Positions 9,180 to 19,365 of a stretch of DNA of 64,000 nt are shown here, one piece after another. The translations under genes were made by a program, and so were the position numbers. The stretch comes from Minisyncoccia bacterium (GTDB taxonomy: Bacteria; Patescibacteriota; Minisyncoccia; UBA6257; 2-01-FULL-56-20): assembly GCA_050008535.1 (NCBI GenBank), contig JBEKML010000002.1:148881-212880 (forward strand). Direction: 5' to 3'. The notes below the pieces were generated by a model. That model was not told where the DNA came from, did no database searches, and saw only the letters and a program-made list of their open reading frames with translations. How positions within the stretch are numbered: the first letter of the stretch is position 1; every line of letters starts with the position of its first letter.

Positions 9180-9443
9180 ATGAGGATTTTCGTAAGGGCA
9201 AAACCGGGCGCAAAAAGGGAAAGCATTCAGAAACTGCAGGAACCGGACGGTCTTTTTCCTAAAGCCGGGGCCGGAGCCACCATGCCGCAGTTCGTGGTGG
9301 CGGTCAAAGAACGGCCCACGGACGGGAAAGCGAACCGCGCTATTGAAAAAGCCATTGCGGGATATTTTAAGGTGCCGCTCGCGCGGGTGCGGATCGTTTC
9401 CGGCCACGCTTCACGCGAGAAGGTGATTTGGGTTAAAATCTAA
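9180..9443 (+). CDS. DUF167 (YggU/UPF0235) family protein
   Basis: KPGAKRESI...GKANRAIEKAIAGYFKV...VRIVSGHASREKVI pattern. Confidence 0.6.
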   Translation: MRIFVRAKPGAKRESIQKLQEPDGLFPKAGAGATMPQFVVAVKERPTDGKANRAIEKAIAGYFKVPLARVRIVSGHASREKVIWVKI

Positions 9444-9446
9444 ATA

Positions 9447-10544
9447 ATGGTCCGTTTTTTGAGCAAGGCAAAATCAACGTCGCTGCGCGGAACGGCGCTT
9501 TTGCGGCTTGATTTCAATACGAAAGACGACTGGCGGATGCGCGCGGTGCTTCCGACCATTACGCTTTTGTTGAAGAACTCTAGTAAGGTCGTGATCGTGA
9601 GCCACCGGGGCCGGCCGGCGGGATTTGACAAGAAATTGAGCTTGCGGAAAGATGCGGCGGACCTTTCGAGGCTCATTAGAAAGAAGGTGGTCTTCGTGCC
9701 GCATTTTCGTTTCGGGGAGATAAAAAGCATGGTGGCCGCCGCACCGCGCGGCGCGGTCTTCCTTTTGGAAAATCTGCGATTTTTGAAAGGCGAAGAAAAG
9801 AACGGTCCGGCGCTCGCGCGTTCGCTTGCGTCGCTCGCCGATTTTTACGTGAACGATGCCTTCGCGGTCTCACACCGGGCGAACGCATCAGTCGCCGCGG
9901 TCACGAAATTCCTGCCAGGCTACGCCGGGCTGGAATTGGAACGGGAGATCGCGTCGCTCTCGCGCGTCATGCAGCACCCGAAACACCCGCTCGTCGTCGT
10001 TCTCGGCGGGGCGAAGGCGGGAGACAAATTGGGCGTCATCAAATATTTCAAAAAGAAGACCGATTGGTTCCTGCTCGGCGGCGGTCCTGCGAACACGATT
10101 CTCTTCCTGAAAGGCGCCGACGTCAAAAAATCCGTGCGCGACCGCGATCCGCGCGATCTTAAGGCGCTCAAAAGCGTCGCGGGCTACAAAAATCTCGTGT
10201 TGCCGGATGATATTGTCTGGTGCGACAGCATGATCTGGGACATTGGCCCGAAGGCGATCAGGGTTTTCAAGAAAAAGATCGGGGAAGCGAGGACCATTTT
10301 ATGGAGCGGGCCGCTCGGCCTTATTGAGAAGAAAAAATATGCGCGCGGGAGCATTGCGGTCGCGCGCGCCGTCACACGGAACCGCCGGGCGTTCTCTGTG
10401 GCAGGCGGCGGCGAGACCGTGATGTTTCTCAAGAAATACAAGCTTGATAAAAAATTCAGCTTCATTTCCACCGGCGGGGGAGCGATGGTGGACTTTTTGG
10501 CGGGAAAGAAATTGCCGGGGATAGCGGCGCTCGAAAAAGCATGA
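9447..10544 (+). CDS. pgk: Phosphoglycerate kinase
   Basis: RLDFN, SHRGRP, LENLRFxxxEE, VNDAFAVSHRANAS, GGAKAGDK and STGGGAMVDFLAGKKLPG motifs. Confidence 0.9.
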   Translation: MVRFLSKAKSTSLRGTALLRLDFNTKDDWRMRAVLPTITLLLKNSSKVVIVSHRGRPAGFDKKLSLRKDAADLSRLIRKKVVFVPHFRFGEIKSMVAAAPRGAVFLLENLRFLKGEEKNGPALARSLASLADFYVNDAFAVSHRANASVAAVTKFLPGYAGLELEREIASLSRVMQHPKHPLVVVLGGAKAGDKLGVIKYFKKKTDWFLLGGGPANTILFLKGADVKKSVRDRDPRDLKALKSVAGYKNLVLPDDIVWCDSMIWDIGPKAIRVFKKKIGEARTILWSGPLGLIEKKKYARGSIAVARAVTRNRRAFSVAGGGETVMFLKKYKLDKKFSFISTGGGAMVDFLAGKKLPGIAALEKA

Positions 10545-11488
10545 AGTACGATATTTATTTTCATAACGATTTCGACGGGCGGGCATCGGCGGCGGTGATG
10601 CTCGCTTTTTTGCGCAGCCGCGGGGACGATATCGCGCACTACGTTCCCGTGACCTACGGTTACGAAAAACCGTGGCTCAAGGAAGACCTGGCAAAGAAGA
10701 AAAATCCGGCCATCGTCGTTGATTTTCTCTACCATCCGAAGGCCGCCTGGTGGTTTGACCATCACCGCACGACCTTCCGGGAGGAAAAATGGAAACGCGC
10801 ATTCAAGCCGGACCGGTTCCATCGTTACGATTATTCTTACAGGTCCGCCTGCCACCTGGTCTATGATTCGCTCAAAAAAGATTTTGGATGGAAGCCGCCG
10901 CGGCATTTCAAAGAGCTCGTGCGCTGGCTGGATGTTGTGGATAGCGCCCGCTACCGTTCGGCGCGGGAAACGATCGAGATGAAGCATCCTGCGCTTGAGA
11001 TAAATGCGTTCATTGAAACACTGGAGCGTACCACGAACGAGGAGAATCGCTTTCTTATCGGATTGCTTGCGAAATATCCGCTTGCCCGCGTCGTCGCGGC
11101 GCCCCGCGTTGCCCGCGCGGTCCGTGCGTTGCACAAGAAAGTCGCCCGGAGCATGGCGTTTCTCAAAAAGAACCTTTTGGTTTTCAAACGGACGACCTTC
11201 GTTGACGTGACAAAAGACCCGCTGGATGGATTGTTGCGTTATGCACCGTACTATCTCTATCCAAAGAGCATCTACAACATACGGTTGAGGCCAAAAGGAA
11301 AAGGGGTGTGGTACCTCGGTGTCGGCGCGAGCCCGTGGCGGCGCTCGGCGAATAAATTGGAATTAGGGAAGCTTATGCGCCGTCGTTATGGCGGCGGGGG
11401 ACACAAAGCCATTGGTGCGACTGAATTTTTGACGAGGGCGGACGCAATGAAAGCGTTTAAAAAAATAAACGAGCTTCTCAATCGTTAA
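10541..11488 (+). CDS. DHH family phosphoesterase (NrnA-like)
   Basis: IYFHNDFDGRASAAV covers DHH motifs I and II; WFDHHRT is the DHH motif. The start overlaps the pgk stop (ATGA). Confidence 0.7.
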   Translation: MKYDIYFHNDFDGRASAAVMLAFLRSRGDDIAHYVPVTYGYEKPWLKEDLAKKKNPAIVVDFLYHPKAAWWFDHHRTTFREEKWKRAFKPDRFHRYDYSYRSACHLVYDSLKKDFGWKPPRHFKELVRWLDVVDSARYRSARETIEMKHPALEINAFIETLERTTNEENRFLIGLLAKYPLARVVAAPRVARAVRALHKKVARSMAFLKKNLLVFKRTTFVDVTKDPLDGLLRYAPYYLYPKSIYNIRLRPKGKGVWYLGVGASPWRRSANKLELGKLMRRRYGGGGHKAIGATEFLTRADAMKAFKKINELLNR

Positions 11489-12106
11489 ATGGCGACGAAG
11501 AAAAAATATTACGCGTATTTCGTGCCGGGCGAGAATCGCGCGGGGATCACCGACGACTGGGGCGAATGCGAAAAGATCGTTTCGGGGAAGGTGGGTGCGC
11601 GGTACAAAGCGTTTGAAACAAGGGAAGACGCGGAGCGGTGGCTCGCGCGCGGCGCGGTCTATGAGGCAAAAGCGCCGCCGCCGCGATTGGCGCGCGGGAT
11701 CTATTTTGACGCGGGGACGGGCAGGGGTCTTGGCGTGGAGATCAGCGTGACCGACGAGAAAGGGAAAAATCTGCTCCATAGGGCGCTTTCGACGCGCGAG
11801 CTGAATCGTTTCGGAAAGCATCTTTTGAAAAACGCCGCGGCGACCAACAACTACGGCGAGCTGCTTGCTTTGAAATATGCTCTGAAGATCGCGCGAAAAG
11901 AAAAAGTAAAAAAGATCTTCGGCGACAGCCGGCTTGTGATAGATTATTGGTCGCAGTGGCACGTGAAACGGAAAGAACTGCCGCGCGCGACCGTGGCGCT
12001 CGCGGACGAAGTGGCGGAATTGCGGGAAGCGTTTGAGAAAAAAGGCGGCACCGTGGCGCGCATTGCGGGCGCGCACAATCCGGCGGACCTTGGGTTCCAT
12101 CGGTGA
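11489..12106 (+). CDS. RNase H family protein with N-terminal RNase H1-type hybrid-binding (Cauli_VI-like) domain
   Basis: N-terminal YYAYFVPGENRAGITDDWGECEKIVSGKVGARYKAFETREDAERWL, then catalytic-like blocks DAGTG...TNNYGELLALKYAL...GDSRLVIDYW. Confidence 0.55.
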   Translation: MATKKKYYAYFVPGENRAGITDDWGECEKIVSGKVGARYKAFETREDAERWLARGAVYEAKAPPPRLARGIYFDAGTGRGLGVEISVTDEKGKNLLHRALSTRELNRFGKHLLKNAAATNNYGELLALKYALKIARKEKVKKIFGDSRLVIDYWSQWHVKRKELPRATVALADEVAELREAFEKKGGTVARIAGAHNPADLGFHR

Positions 12107-12137
12107 GCAGGGGAAGCCAAAAGGTATAATTCAATAA

Positions 12138-13889
12138 ATGGATGCCGAAAGCCGCAACTGCGCAAAATGTAAAAGCCAGTTTGTTGTTGAGCCGGAGGAT
12201 TTTGATTTTTACGCGAAGATAAGCGTTCCGCCGCCCACGTGGTGCCCGGAGTGCCGCAATCAAAGGAGGATGGCGTGGCGCGAGGAACGCGTGCTCTACC
12301 GCGGGACCTGCGCGTTGTGCGGAAAAGCGGTGGTTACCATGCACGCGCCCGGCGGTCCCTTCACGATCTATTGCCGGGAGTGTTACAAATCCGACAAGTG
12401 GGACTCGACGAGCTACGGGCGCGACTACGATTTCAAGAAACCGTTCTTTACGCAATACCGCGAACTTATGGAAGCCGTCCCGCGGCCGGCGCTCACGGGC
12501 AATAATTTGGTCAATAGCGATTTCACGCACGGATGCGAAAGCGTAAAAAATTGTTACTACCTTTTCTGGAGCTATTTTTCGGAAAACGCGGGGAACTGCT
12601 ACGGACTGCTTCTTTCCAAAAACGCCTACGATTGCTACGTGGTGGACAATTCCGACCATGTGTACGAGTCGTTGCATTCCAACCGTATGTACAAGATCAG
12701 GTTCGGCTATTTTTCCGACGAGTGCCTCGATTCATCGTTCCTTTACAATTGCCTCGGGTGCTCTGATTGTTTTGGGTGCATCAACCTAAGGAAACAAAAA
12801 TACTGCCTTTTCAACGAAAAATTGTCCAAAGAAGAATACTCCGCGAGGATCAAGGAGTGGGACTTGGGAAGTTATAAAAAACTGCAGGAGGCGAAGGAGA
12901 AATTCCGGGCTTTGTATATGTCCGTCCCGCACCGCTTCGCCCATGTCGTAAGCAGCCAAAACGTCACGGGGGATATCATACGGGACACGAAAGATTGCAA
13001 AATATGTTTTTGCGCATTGGATGGCGTGCAAAACTGCAAGTATCTGTACGCCGGCGGCCTCAATCTCAAAGACAGCATGGATGTAAGCGCCGGCGGCGAT
13101 ACGGCGGAGTTGCTTTATGAAGTGCACGGGGTGACCGGGCATGCATCGCGGTGTTTTTTCTCGGTGGGAGGAGGGAACAGCAGGGATACCTGGTATTCCG
13201 ATTGGGCGGATAATTCATCGGATGTATTCGGCTGCGTTTCTTTAAGGAACAAGCAGTATTGCATCTTGAACAAACAATATTCCCGCGAGGAGTATGAAAA
13301 ACTTGTCCCAAAGATCAAACAGCACATGGACGCCATGCCGTTCGTGGACAAGAAGGGGCGCGCGTACAAATTCGGGGAATTTTTCCCGACGGAACTTTCC
13401 GCGTATGCCTATAACGAAACATTCGCCTTTACCTGGTATCCAAAGGTGTTAACGAAGGACGAGGTGCTTGCCGAAGGTTGGCGGTGGCAGGACCCGTCGA
13501 CACGCTCTTACGAGGTCACCATGAAGGCGGAAGGTCTTCCCGACCATATTCGTGACGCAAGCGATTCAATTTCAAAAGAGACCATCGGCTGCCTGCACGC
13601 CGGAGCGTGCAATGAACTATGCACGACCGCGTTCCGCATTTCGCCCGAGGAGCTCGCTTTCTATCGAAAGATGAATGTTGCCCTGCCGCGGTTGTGCCCA
13701 AATTGCCGGCACGTGCAACGATTGAAATGGCGGAATATTTTCCATTTGTGGCATCGGCGTTGCATGTGCATCCATGCAGGTCATTCCCATGCCGGGCAAC
13801 CGTGCCCAAATACTTTTGAGACCACTTTCTCGCCGGAAAAACCGGAGGTTGTTTATTGCGACCAGTGTTACAAAGCCGAATTCCTATGA
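12138..13889 (+). CDS. Cys-rich multi-zinc-ribbon protein, paralog P2
   Basis: N-terminal CxxCxxxFxVEPEDFxFYxKIxVPPPTWCPECR zinc ribbon. Two internal CFGCxxLRxxKYC modules. C-terminal CxTAFRIxPEELxFYRKxNxALPRLCPNCRH...WHRRCMC and a tail PEVVYCDQCYKAEFL. A TATAAT box lies at 12125-12130. Confidence 0.8.
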   Translation: MDAESRNCAKCKSQFVVEPEDFDFYAKISVPPPTWCPECRNQRRMAWREERVLYRGTCALCGKAVVTMHAPGGPFTIYCRECYKSDKWDSTSYGRDYDFKKPFFTQYRELMEAVPRPALTGNNLVNSDFTHGCESVKNCYYLFWSYFSENAGNCYGLLLSKNAYDCYVVDNSDHVYESLHSNRMYKIRFGYFSDECLDSSFLYNCLGCSDCFGCINLRKQKYCLFNEKLSKEEYSARIKEWDLGSYKKLQEAKEKFRALYMSVPHRFAHVVSSQNVTGDIIRDTKDCKICFCALDGVQNCKYLYAGGLNLKDSMDVSAGGDTAELLYEVHGVTGHASRCFFSVGGGNSRDTWYSDWADNSSDVFGCVSLRNKQYCILNKQYSREEYEKLVPKIKQHMDAMPFVDKKGRAYKFGEFFPTELSAYAYNETFAFTWYPKVLTKDEVLAEGWRWQDPSTRSYEVTMKAEGLPDHIRDASDSISKETIGCLHAGACNELCTTAFRISPEELAFYRKMNVALPRLCPNCRHVQRLKWRNIFHLWHRRCMCIHAGHSHAGQPCPNTFETTFSPEKPEVVYCDQCYKAEFL

Positions 13890-14089
13890 ACTTCTGGAAG
13901 CTTAAAAGATACAAATACATGCTCAAGACGCTGTGGCAGAGCTTTTGGTTTAAAGTAAAAATATTTGTGCGGAAATTTCACCATACGACGATTTGACTTA
14001 ATCATCGCTTTTCTCTATAACGTAGTCAGCAATCCAGAGGGAAAATAAGCCCTAATATCAACCAGACAGGCAGGGAGGAGAAACGTCCT

Positions 14090-14887
14090 ATGCTGCTTCT
14101 ACAAGAAGCCCAGGTCCATACGGGGATGATCGTCGCCTTGGCTCTCGCCGGCAATACCGAGCCCGAGGTCGACGAACATGGTCCGTTACTACTCATAGCG
14201 CTCATGGGCGGCGTCGCCCCAATGCGCAAACGATTGTACGCCCTCAAGGGTCGTCCGCCTCTGTTTCAGAAAACGCCTGAGGGCTGGGTGGCGCAGCCCC
14301 TCACCGACGAACCGCTCCACCCCGATGTCACGGACGGCATGGAAGGCTTCGCCGAGCAGGTCCGCTTCATGCCGATCTACACCTTTACGCCGACCAACGC
14401 GCCGCACAACATGGAGTTCGTGGTCTACGTGAACGGTGAGCGGCTGAAGTACCCGAGTGGCCAGCGCTATGTCTACGTCCGCACCACCGTGGACGGCAAG
14501 ATCTTGTCGCACAACGGCTATGAGTACGATTTCTGGGAACAGGAATATGCGTTGCCGGAAAACGCCGTGCTTGTCCCCATCGGCAGGATTGAGATCACCG
14601 AAACCCCGCACGACCCGGCCATCATCTATCACGGGCCCGTGGTCGAGTGGGTGGGCGTCATGGCTCTGCTTTCCGAGCTCGCTGTGCGCGTCGGCCTGCG
14701 GATAACGGATGTGCATCACGACCACCACGTCGGCGACTTCCTGCACATCGGCCTCACGGGCGGAACCGAAGAAGACCGCCGCGAGTTTGCGGAACACGTC
14801 GTGAAGGACATCAGCCTGGCGAAGGGGTCGTTCGCCACCCACTGCCCGCACTGTTGGAAGACTATCGCGCGCGAACACAGTCTGTAG
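14090..14887 (+). CDS. Hypothetical protein (C-terminal HCPHCW)
   Basis: GGAGGAG ribosome-binding site 8 nt upstream. Amino-acid composition is more protein-like than the antisense ORF 14189-14935. A 10-bp perfect inverted repeat lies downstream. Confidence 0.5.
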   Translation: MLLLQEAQVHTGMIVALALAGNTEPEVDEHGPLLLIALMGGVAPMRKRLYALKGRPPLFQKTPEGWVAQPLTDEPLHPDVTDGMEGFAEQVRFMPIYTFTPTNAPHNMEFVVYVNGERLKYPSGQRYVYVRTTVDGKILSHNGYEYDFWEQEYALPENAVLVPIGRIEITETPHDPAIIYHGPVVEWVGVMALLSELAVRVGLRITDVHHDHHVGDFLHIGLTGGTEEDRREFAEHVVKDISLAKGSFATHCPHCWKTIAREHSL

Positions 14888-15022
14888 CTGTTCGCGCAAA
14901 ATCCCGGCGACGAGCCGGTGGAGAAGTGGCAGCACTTCTCCCTCTACCTGAATTCAGAAATTTGCTCCGGATTCAGGTAGGGTAAAAGTTTCATTTTTCC
15001 ATAATATGTGGTATAATGCTCA

Positions 15023-15422
15023 AGCTGGCAATCCAGACGGTCGCTCGGTCGCGTTGCGCAAGCAATGCCGGCCGGGAGGAAAGTCCGGACACCCACTCGT
15101 TTGCCTTCGGGCAAGCGGTTAAACAAGTAGCGGCTAACAGCCGCACGGCGCAAGCCGAGAGGTGCGATCAGTGACGCCCGCGTTTGAAAAGGCGCGGGGA
15201 GCCCGATCCCAAGCTAGACGGCTCAACTCCGTGATAGGGATAAAAAAACGGAGGTGAAACGGCAAAATCCTTACTGGGTGCAAGGCCGTGCCCCGGCGCA
15301 AGCCGGGGAGTGCCGCGCGAGCCCGCGAGCAATCAAGGGCCCAGATAAATGACCGTCCCTCGTCGCGTTCCGCAAGGAGCGCGGCGGGCGACAGAATCCG
15401 GCTTACGGATTGCCAACTGAAG
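15023..15422 (+). ncRNA. rnpB: RNase P RNA (bacterial type A)
   Basis: The P1 helix pairs AAGCTGGCAATCC with GGATTGCCAACT. The universal GGGAGGAAAGTCCGGAC block (P4 5' strand) and ACAGAATCCGGCTTAC (P4 3' strand) are both present. A TATAAT box at 15012-15017 precedes it and an intrinsic terminator follows. Confidence 0.85.
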
Positions 15423-15452
15423 ACCCCGCGCAAGCGGGGTCTTCTATTTGTT
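15418..15452 (+). terminator. Intrinsic terminator after rnpB
   Basis: aagaccccgc-gcaa-gcggggtctt hairpin followed by a CTATTTGTT T-rich tract. Confidence 0.7.
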
Positions 15453-15464
15453 AGAATAAAACCA

Positions 15465-17909
15465 ATGGACGATCTTTCTCAAACCAAGAAGGGGCTCACG
15501 CAGGCGGAGGCGGCGCGGCGCCTGAAGATCTACGGTCCGAACGAGCTCGCGGCGAAGAAAAAACTGCGGCCTCTTTTGATTTTCTTTTCAAAGTTCAAAA
15601 ATCCTCTCCTTGTTTTATTGATCGTCGCCGCGCTCGTCTCGGGCGCGCTCGGTTCCCGTTTTGAGGCGGGCGTGATCCTTGTGATCGTGCTTGCGAGCGC
15701 GCTTATTGATTTCGTGAATACCTATAAATCCGCGAAGGCGGCGGAAGAATTGCAGGAAAAAGTGAATATCACGGCGGCGGTGTTCCGCAACGGGGAATTG
15801 AAAGAGCGGAATATCCGCGAGGTGGTGCCGGGCGACGTATTCGCGCTTGAGGCGGGCGACCTCGTCCCGGCGGACGGAACTCTGCTTGAGGCCAAAGATT
15901 TTTTCGTGAACGAAAGCGTGCTTACGGGGGAATCGCTGCCGGTGGAAAAAGAACTTGTGACGCCGCCGAAGGCAACAATGCTCTTCTTGGGCACGAGCGT
16001 GGTATCGGGCAAAGGCCTTGCGGTTGCGACGGCCACAGGGTCCAAAACGAAGATGGGGAGCATCGCGGACAAGCTGAAGCAGCCCGAGGTCCCGACGGAA
16101 TTTGAAAAAAACCTGAAGGATTTCAGTTTGTTCATTTTCCGCACCACCCTTTTCCTCGTGCTTGCCGTGATCCTTTTGAACATCTTCGTGATCAAACAGG
16201 ACATGCTCCAGATTTTCCTTTTCGCGGTCGCGATCGCCGTAGGGCTGACGCCGGAACTGCTGCCCTTGATCGTCACGAGCAATCTTGCGAAAGGCGCGAT
16301 CAGGATGTCCGAGAACGGCGTCATCGTGAAAAAACTTGCCGCACTGCATAATTTCGGGAGCATTGATGTCTTGTGCACCGACAAGACCGGCACGCTTACG
16401 GAAGACCGCATCACGCTTATCAAGTGCGTGGACGGCTCCGGGCGCGAAAGCGAGGAAGTGTTCTTCTGGGGCTATTTGAGCAGCAGGCATCTTACCGGCG
16501 TCCGCGGCGTGCTGGACCATGCAATTGAAGCGTACAAGCGTGCGGACGTAAGCGGCTGGGAAAAAGTTGACGAAGTGCCTTTTGATGCCCTGCGGCGGCT
16601 GGAATCGGTGGTGATGAAGAAGGGCGAAGAGGTGGTGCTCATTGCGAAAGGCGCGCCGGAAAACATCATAAAAAATTCCGAAGGGCTCACCGGGGCGGCC
16701 AAGGAAAAGATCATGAAAGAATATGAGACGCTTTCAAGCGACGGTTTCCGCGTGTTGGGACTTGGCACCAAGAAAGTTCCTTTGAAAAAAATCTCTTACA
16801 GCAAGGCGGACGAACAGCAGCTCTCCTTTGTGGGTTTTTTGGCGTTCCTTGATCCGCCGAAGCGGACCGTGAAAGATACCTTGAAAAAAATGGCCGAGCA
16901 TAATGTGGCGATCAAAGTTATCACTGGAGATAATTTCCTTGTGACAAAAAAGATCGCCGAGGAGATCGGGCTTCCGATCACAGGCGCGCTCACGGGAGAC
17001 GAACTTCTCGCGATGGATGAACATGGGCTCCGGGCGAAGGTGGAGTCGGCGAACGTTTTCACGCGCGTTACGCCGGAGCAGAAAGAGTCCATCATCCGGG
17101 CGCTCCGCGCAAACGGGCACGTGGTGGCCTACATGGGCGACGGCGTGAACGACGTGCTTTCCCTCAGGGAGGCGGATGTGGGTATCTCGGTCCAGAACGC
17201 GGTGGACATCGCAAAAGGAACGGCGGACATCATTTTGATGAAAAAAGGACTTCACGAAATAATTGAGGGCGTAGTGGAAGGGCGGCGCACCTTCGCGAAC
17301 ACATTCAAATATTTGATGATGGCGCTCTCGTCCAACTTCGGCAACATGTTCAGCATGCCCGTCGCGTCCATCTTCCTGCCGTTCCTGCCGATGACGGCGC
17401 CCCAGATCCTTTTGAACAACCTTCTCTACGATTCCTCGCAGCTTGCGATCCCGTTCGATAATGTGGAAAAAGAATTCCTTGTACGTCCGAAAAAGTTCGA
17501 TATCCGCTTCATGAAACGCTTTATGATGATCTTCGGGCCGTTAAGCTCGTGCTTTGACTTCATCACCTTCGGCACGTTGTTTCTCGCGTTTCACATGGCG
17601 GGAGGGGCGTTCCAGACGGGATGGTTCCTGGAATCCATCGCCACGCAAACGTTCGTCGTGGGCATCATCCGCAATCGCGGCAGTTTTTGGAAGACAAAGC
17701 CGAGCTGGGAACTCGCTTTGAGCACTGTCCTCGCGGTCGCCGCGGCATGGATCATTCCGTATTCCTTGCTCGGCGCTCCGCTCGGCTTTGTAAAATTCGG
17801 CTGGTTGCCGCTCGTCGTCATCGCATGCATCGTTGCGGTATATCTTGCAGCCGTGGAATTTGCAAAAAAATATTTCTACCGGGCATACGGGGGACTGATT
17901 GAGAAATAA
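15465..17909 (+). CDS. Cation-transporting P-type ATPase (MgtA/PMCA-like)
   Basis: DKTGTLTEDRI phosphorylation motif, TGES, TGDN, GDGVNDVLSLREADVGIS, and about 10 TM segments. The ORF-track start at 15288 lies inside rnpB; the first Met after rnpB is at 15465 (MDDLSQ...). Confidence 0.85.
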   Translation: MDDLSQTKKGLTQAEAARRLKIYGPNELAAKKKLRPLLIFFSKFKNPLLVLLIVAALVSGALGSRFEAGVILVIVLASALIDFVNTYKSAKAAEELQEKVNITAAVFRNGELKERNIREVVPGDVFALEAGDLVPADGTLLEAKDFFVNESVLTGESLPVEKELVTPPKATMLFLGTSVVSGKGLAVATATGSKTKMGSIADKLKQPEVPTEFEKNLKDFSLFIFRTTLFLVLAVILLNIFVIKQDMLQIFLFAVAIAVGLTPELLPLIVTSNLAKGAIRMSENGVIVKKLAALHNFGSIDVLCTDKTGTLTEDRITLIKCVDGSGRESEEVFFWGYLSSRHLTGVRGVLDHAIEAYKRADVSGWEKVDEVPFDALRRLESVVMKKGEEVVLIAKGAPENIIKNSEGLTGAAKEKIMKEYETLSSDGFRVLGLGTKKVPLKKISYSKADEQQLSFVGFLAFLDPPKRTVKDTLKKMAEHNVAIKVITGDNFLVTKKIAEEIGLPITGALTGDELLAMDEHGLRAKVESANVFTRVTPEQKESIIRALRANGHVVAYMGDGVNDVLSLREADVGISVQNAVDIAKGTADIILMKKGLHEIIEGVVEGRRTFANTFKYLMMALSSNFGNMFSMPVASIFLPFLPMTAPQILLNNLLYDSSQLAIPFDNVEKEFLVRPKKFDIRFMKRFMMIFGPLSSCFDFITFGTLFLAFHMAGGAFQTGWFLESIATQTFVVGIIRNRGSFWKTKPSWELALSTVLAVAAAWIIPYSLLGAPLGFVKFGWLPLVVIACIVAVYLAAVEFAKKYFYRAYGGLIEK

Positions 17910-17957
17910 GGGCATTTATGTTCCAATGAATACAAAGGTCGCAACAAACTATTTACC

Positions 17958-18158
17958 ATGAAGAAACTTATTGTATTGTCGGCGGTTGCGATGTTCGTTG
18001 TGATGGCATTCGCCTTCAATTGGGCGAAGGCGGTTCCCGTTGGCTCTCCGCGGTGCGCCGCTGGAACGTCATATGTTCAACTGTATGTCAGTAGCACCCT
18101 TTCCGGCGTGTGGTGCGCCACGCCTTTCCAGATAGCAACAGCAAAAGCCAACCTCTAG
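17958..18158 (+). CDS. Small secreted peptide (signal peptide plus a 2-Cys mature region)
   Basis: MKKLIVLSAVAMFVVMAFAFNWAKA looks like a signal peptide; two Cys in the short mature part. No strong ribosome-binding site. Confidence 0.3.
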   Translation: MKKLIVLSAVAMFVVMAFAFNWAKAVPVGSPRCAAGTSYVQLYVSSTLSGVWCATPFQIATAKANL

Positions 18159-18171
18159 AATTCAAGATAAA

Positions 18172-19329
18172 ATGTTGATTGGAGGAATATCGCCCGCGCG
18201 CATCGCGGAAAAATTCGGGTCGCCTTTGTATGTGTATGACGGCGACGCTATTCGAAAAAAGTGCAAAGAGTTAAAGAAAAGCTTTCCGGGGATGAATCTG
18301 TATTATGCCTGCAAAGCGAACACGAACCCCGAGGTCATAAAAATAATTTTTAGCGAAGGTTTTGGGATTGAAACCGTAAGCCCGGGAGAGATCAGGGTTG
18401 CAAGGAAAGCGGGCGTACCGGCTTCAAAAATAACCTTTACGTGCGGGAGCATTGATGAGGGCGAGCTTGTGGCGGTCGCAAAGCAAAATATCCGCATTTA
18501 CCTTGACTCTTTGCATCAGGTGGAGATTTTCGGAAAACATTTTCCCGGAAAAGAAATCTCGGTGCGGCTGAATCAGGGGATCGGGGCCGGTCACCACGCG
18601 CACGTCGTGACCGGTGGGCCTGATAGTAAGTTCGGCATCGATAGAGCCCACATTGTGCAGCTCAAGAAACTGGCTAAGAAATATCGATTGCGCATAACGG
18701 GGCTTCATCAGCACATCGGATCAAATATTCTGGATATACCCATCTTTTTAAAGGCCATGAGTGCTTTGTTTGATACGGCCTTTCAGTTTCCCGGTCTTGC
18801 CCATCTTGATTTTGGCGGGGGACTCGGGGTTCCTTATAAGCCCGGTGAGCATGCATTGAATATGAAAATGCTCGGGCAGAAAGTGAAAAGCGTAACTTCG
18901 CATTTTATGAAGCGGTACGGGAAGTCCGTCGAAATGTCATTTGAACCGGGCAGGTATCTTGTCGCCCAAGCCGGGCATCTGATCGTTCAGGTGAACGATA
19001 TAAAACGCAATCCGACGAAAACGTTTGTCGGCGTAAATTCCGGTTTTAACCATCTTATTCGTCCGGCAATGTACGGATCGTACCATGAGATCGTGAACGT
19101 GACGCATCCCAAAAACAAACGCGAAAAAGTCACGGTCGCCGGAAATTTATGCGAGTCAGGGGACATATTTGCGCGGGATCGCATACTCCCGGCTCCGGAA
19201 TTGGGAGATATTCTTGTCGTTAAAAACGCGGGCGCATACGGCTACACTATGAGTTCCGATTATAATCTACGCCCCAAGCCCCGCGAGATTCTTATTTCAA
19301 AAAATAAAACCAAAATGATCCGAAAATGA
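18172..19329 (+). CDS. lysA: Diaminopimelate decarboxylase (PLP-dependent, fold type III)
   Basis: YACKANTNPEV, EPGRYLVAQAG, CESGD and GAYGYTMSSDYN motifs. Confidence 0.7.
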   Translation: MLIGGISPARIAEKFGSPLYVYDGDAIRKKCKELKKSFPGMNLYYACKANTNPEVIKIIFSEGFGIETVSPGEIRVARKAGVPASKITFTCGSIDEGELVAVAKQNIRIYLDSLHQVEIFGKHFPGKEISVRLNQGIGAGHHAHVVTGGPDSKFGIDRAHIVQLKKLAKKYRLRITGLHQHIGSNILDIPIFLKAMSALFDTAFQFPGLAHLDFGGGLGVPYKPGEHALNMKMLGQKVKSVTSHFMKRYGKSVEMSFEPGRYLVAQAGHLIVQVNDIKRNPTKTFVGVNSGFNHLIRPAMYGSYHEIVNVTHPKNKREKVTVAGNLCESGDIFARDRILPAPELGDILVVKNAGAYGYTMSSDYNLRPKPREILISKNKTKMIRK

Positions 19330-19365
19330 TTAGTTGCAGGGCCACGATATGTTATAATTAAGCCT

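Noticed and set aside
10184-11134. 316-aa minus-strand ORF across pgk and the DHH gene
   Set aside because: Antisense artefact. The plus-strand genes carry clear PGK and DHH motifs.
11742-12677. 311-aa minus-strand ORF across the RNase H-like gene and the P2 start
   Set aside because: Antisense artefact with Arg-rich composition.
14189-14935. 248-aa minus-strand ORF opposite 14090-14887
   Set aside because: The plus-strand ORF has a GGAGGAG ribosome-binding site and protein-like composition. The minus frame is Arg/Val/Asp-rich and antisense-like.
15288-15464. N-terminal 59-codon extension of the P-type ATPase ORF and the minus ORFs 14944-15153 and 15134-15433
   Set aside because: They overlap the RNase P RNA gene. 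The ATPase homology begins only at Met 15465.
15615-16520. Minus-strand ORFs (301 aa and 233 aa) inside the P-type ATPase gene
   Set aside because: Antisense to a gene with canonical P-type ATPase motifs.
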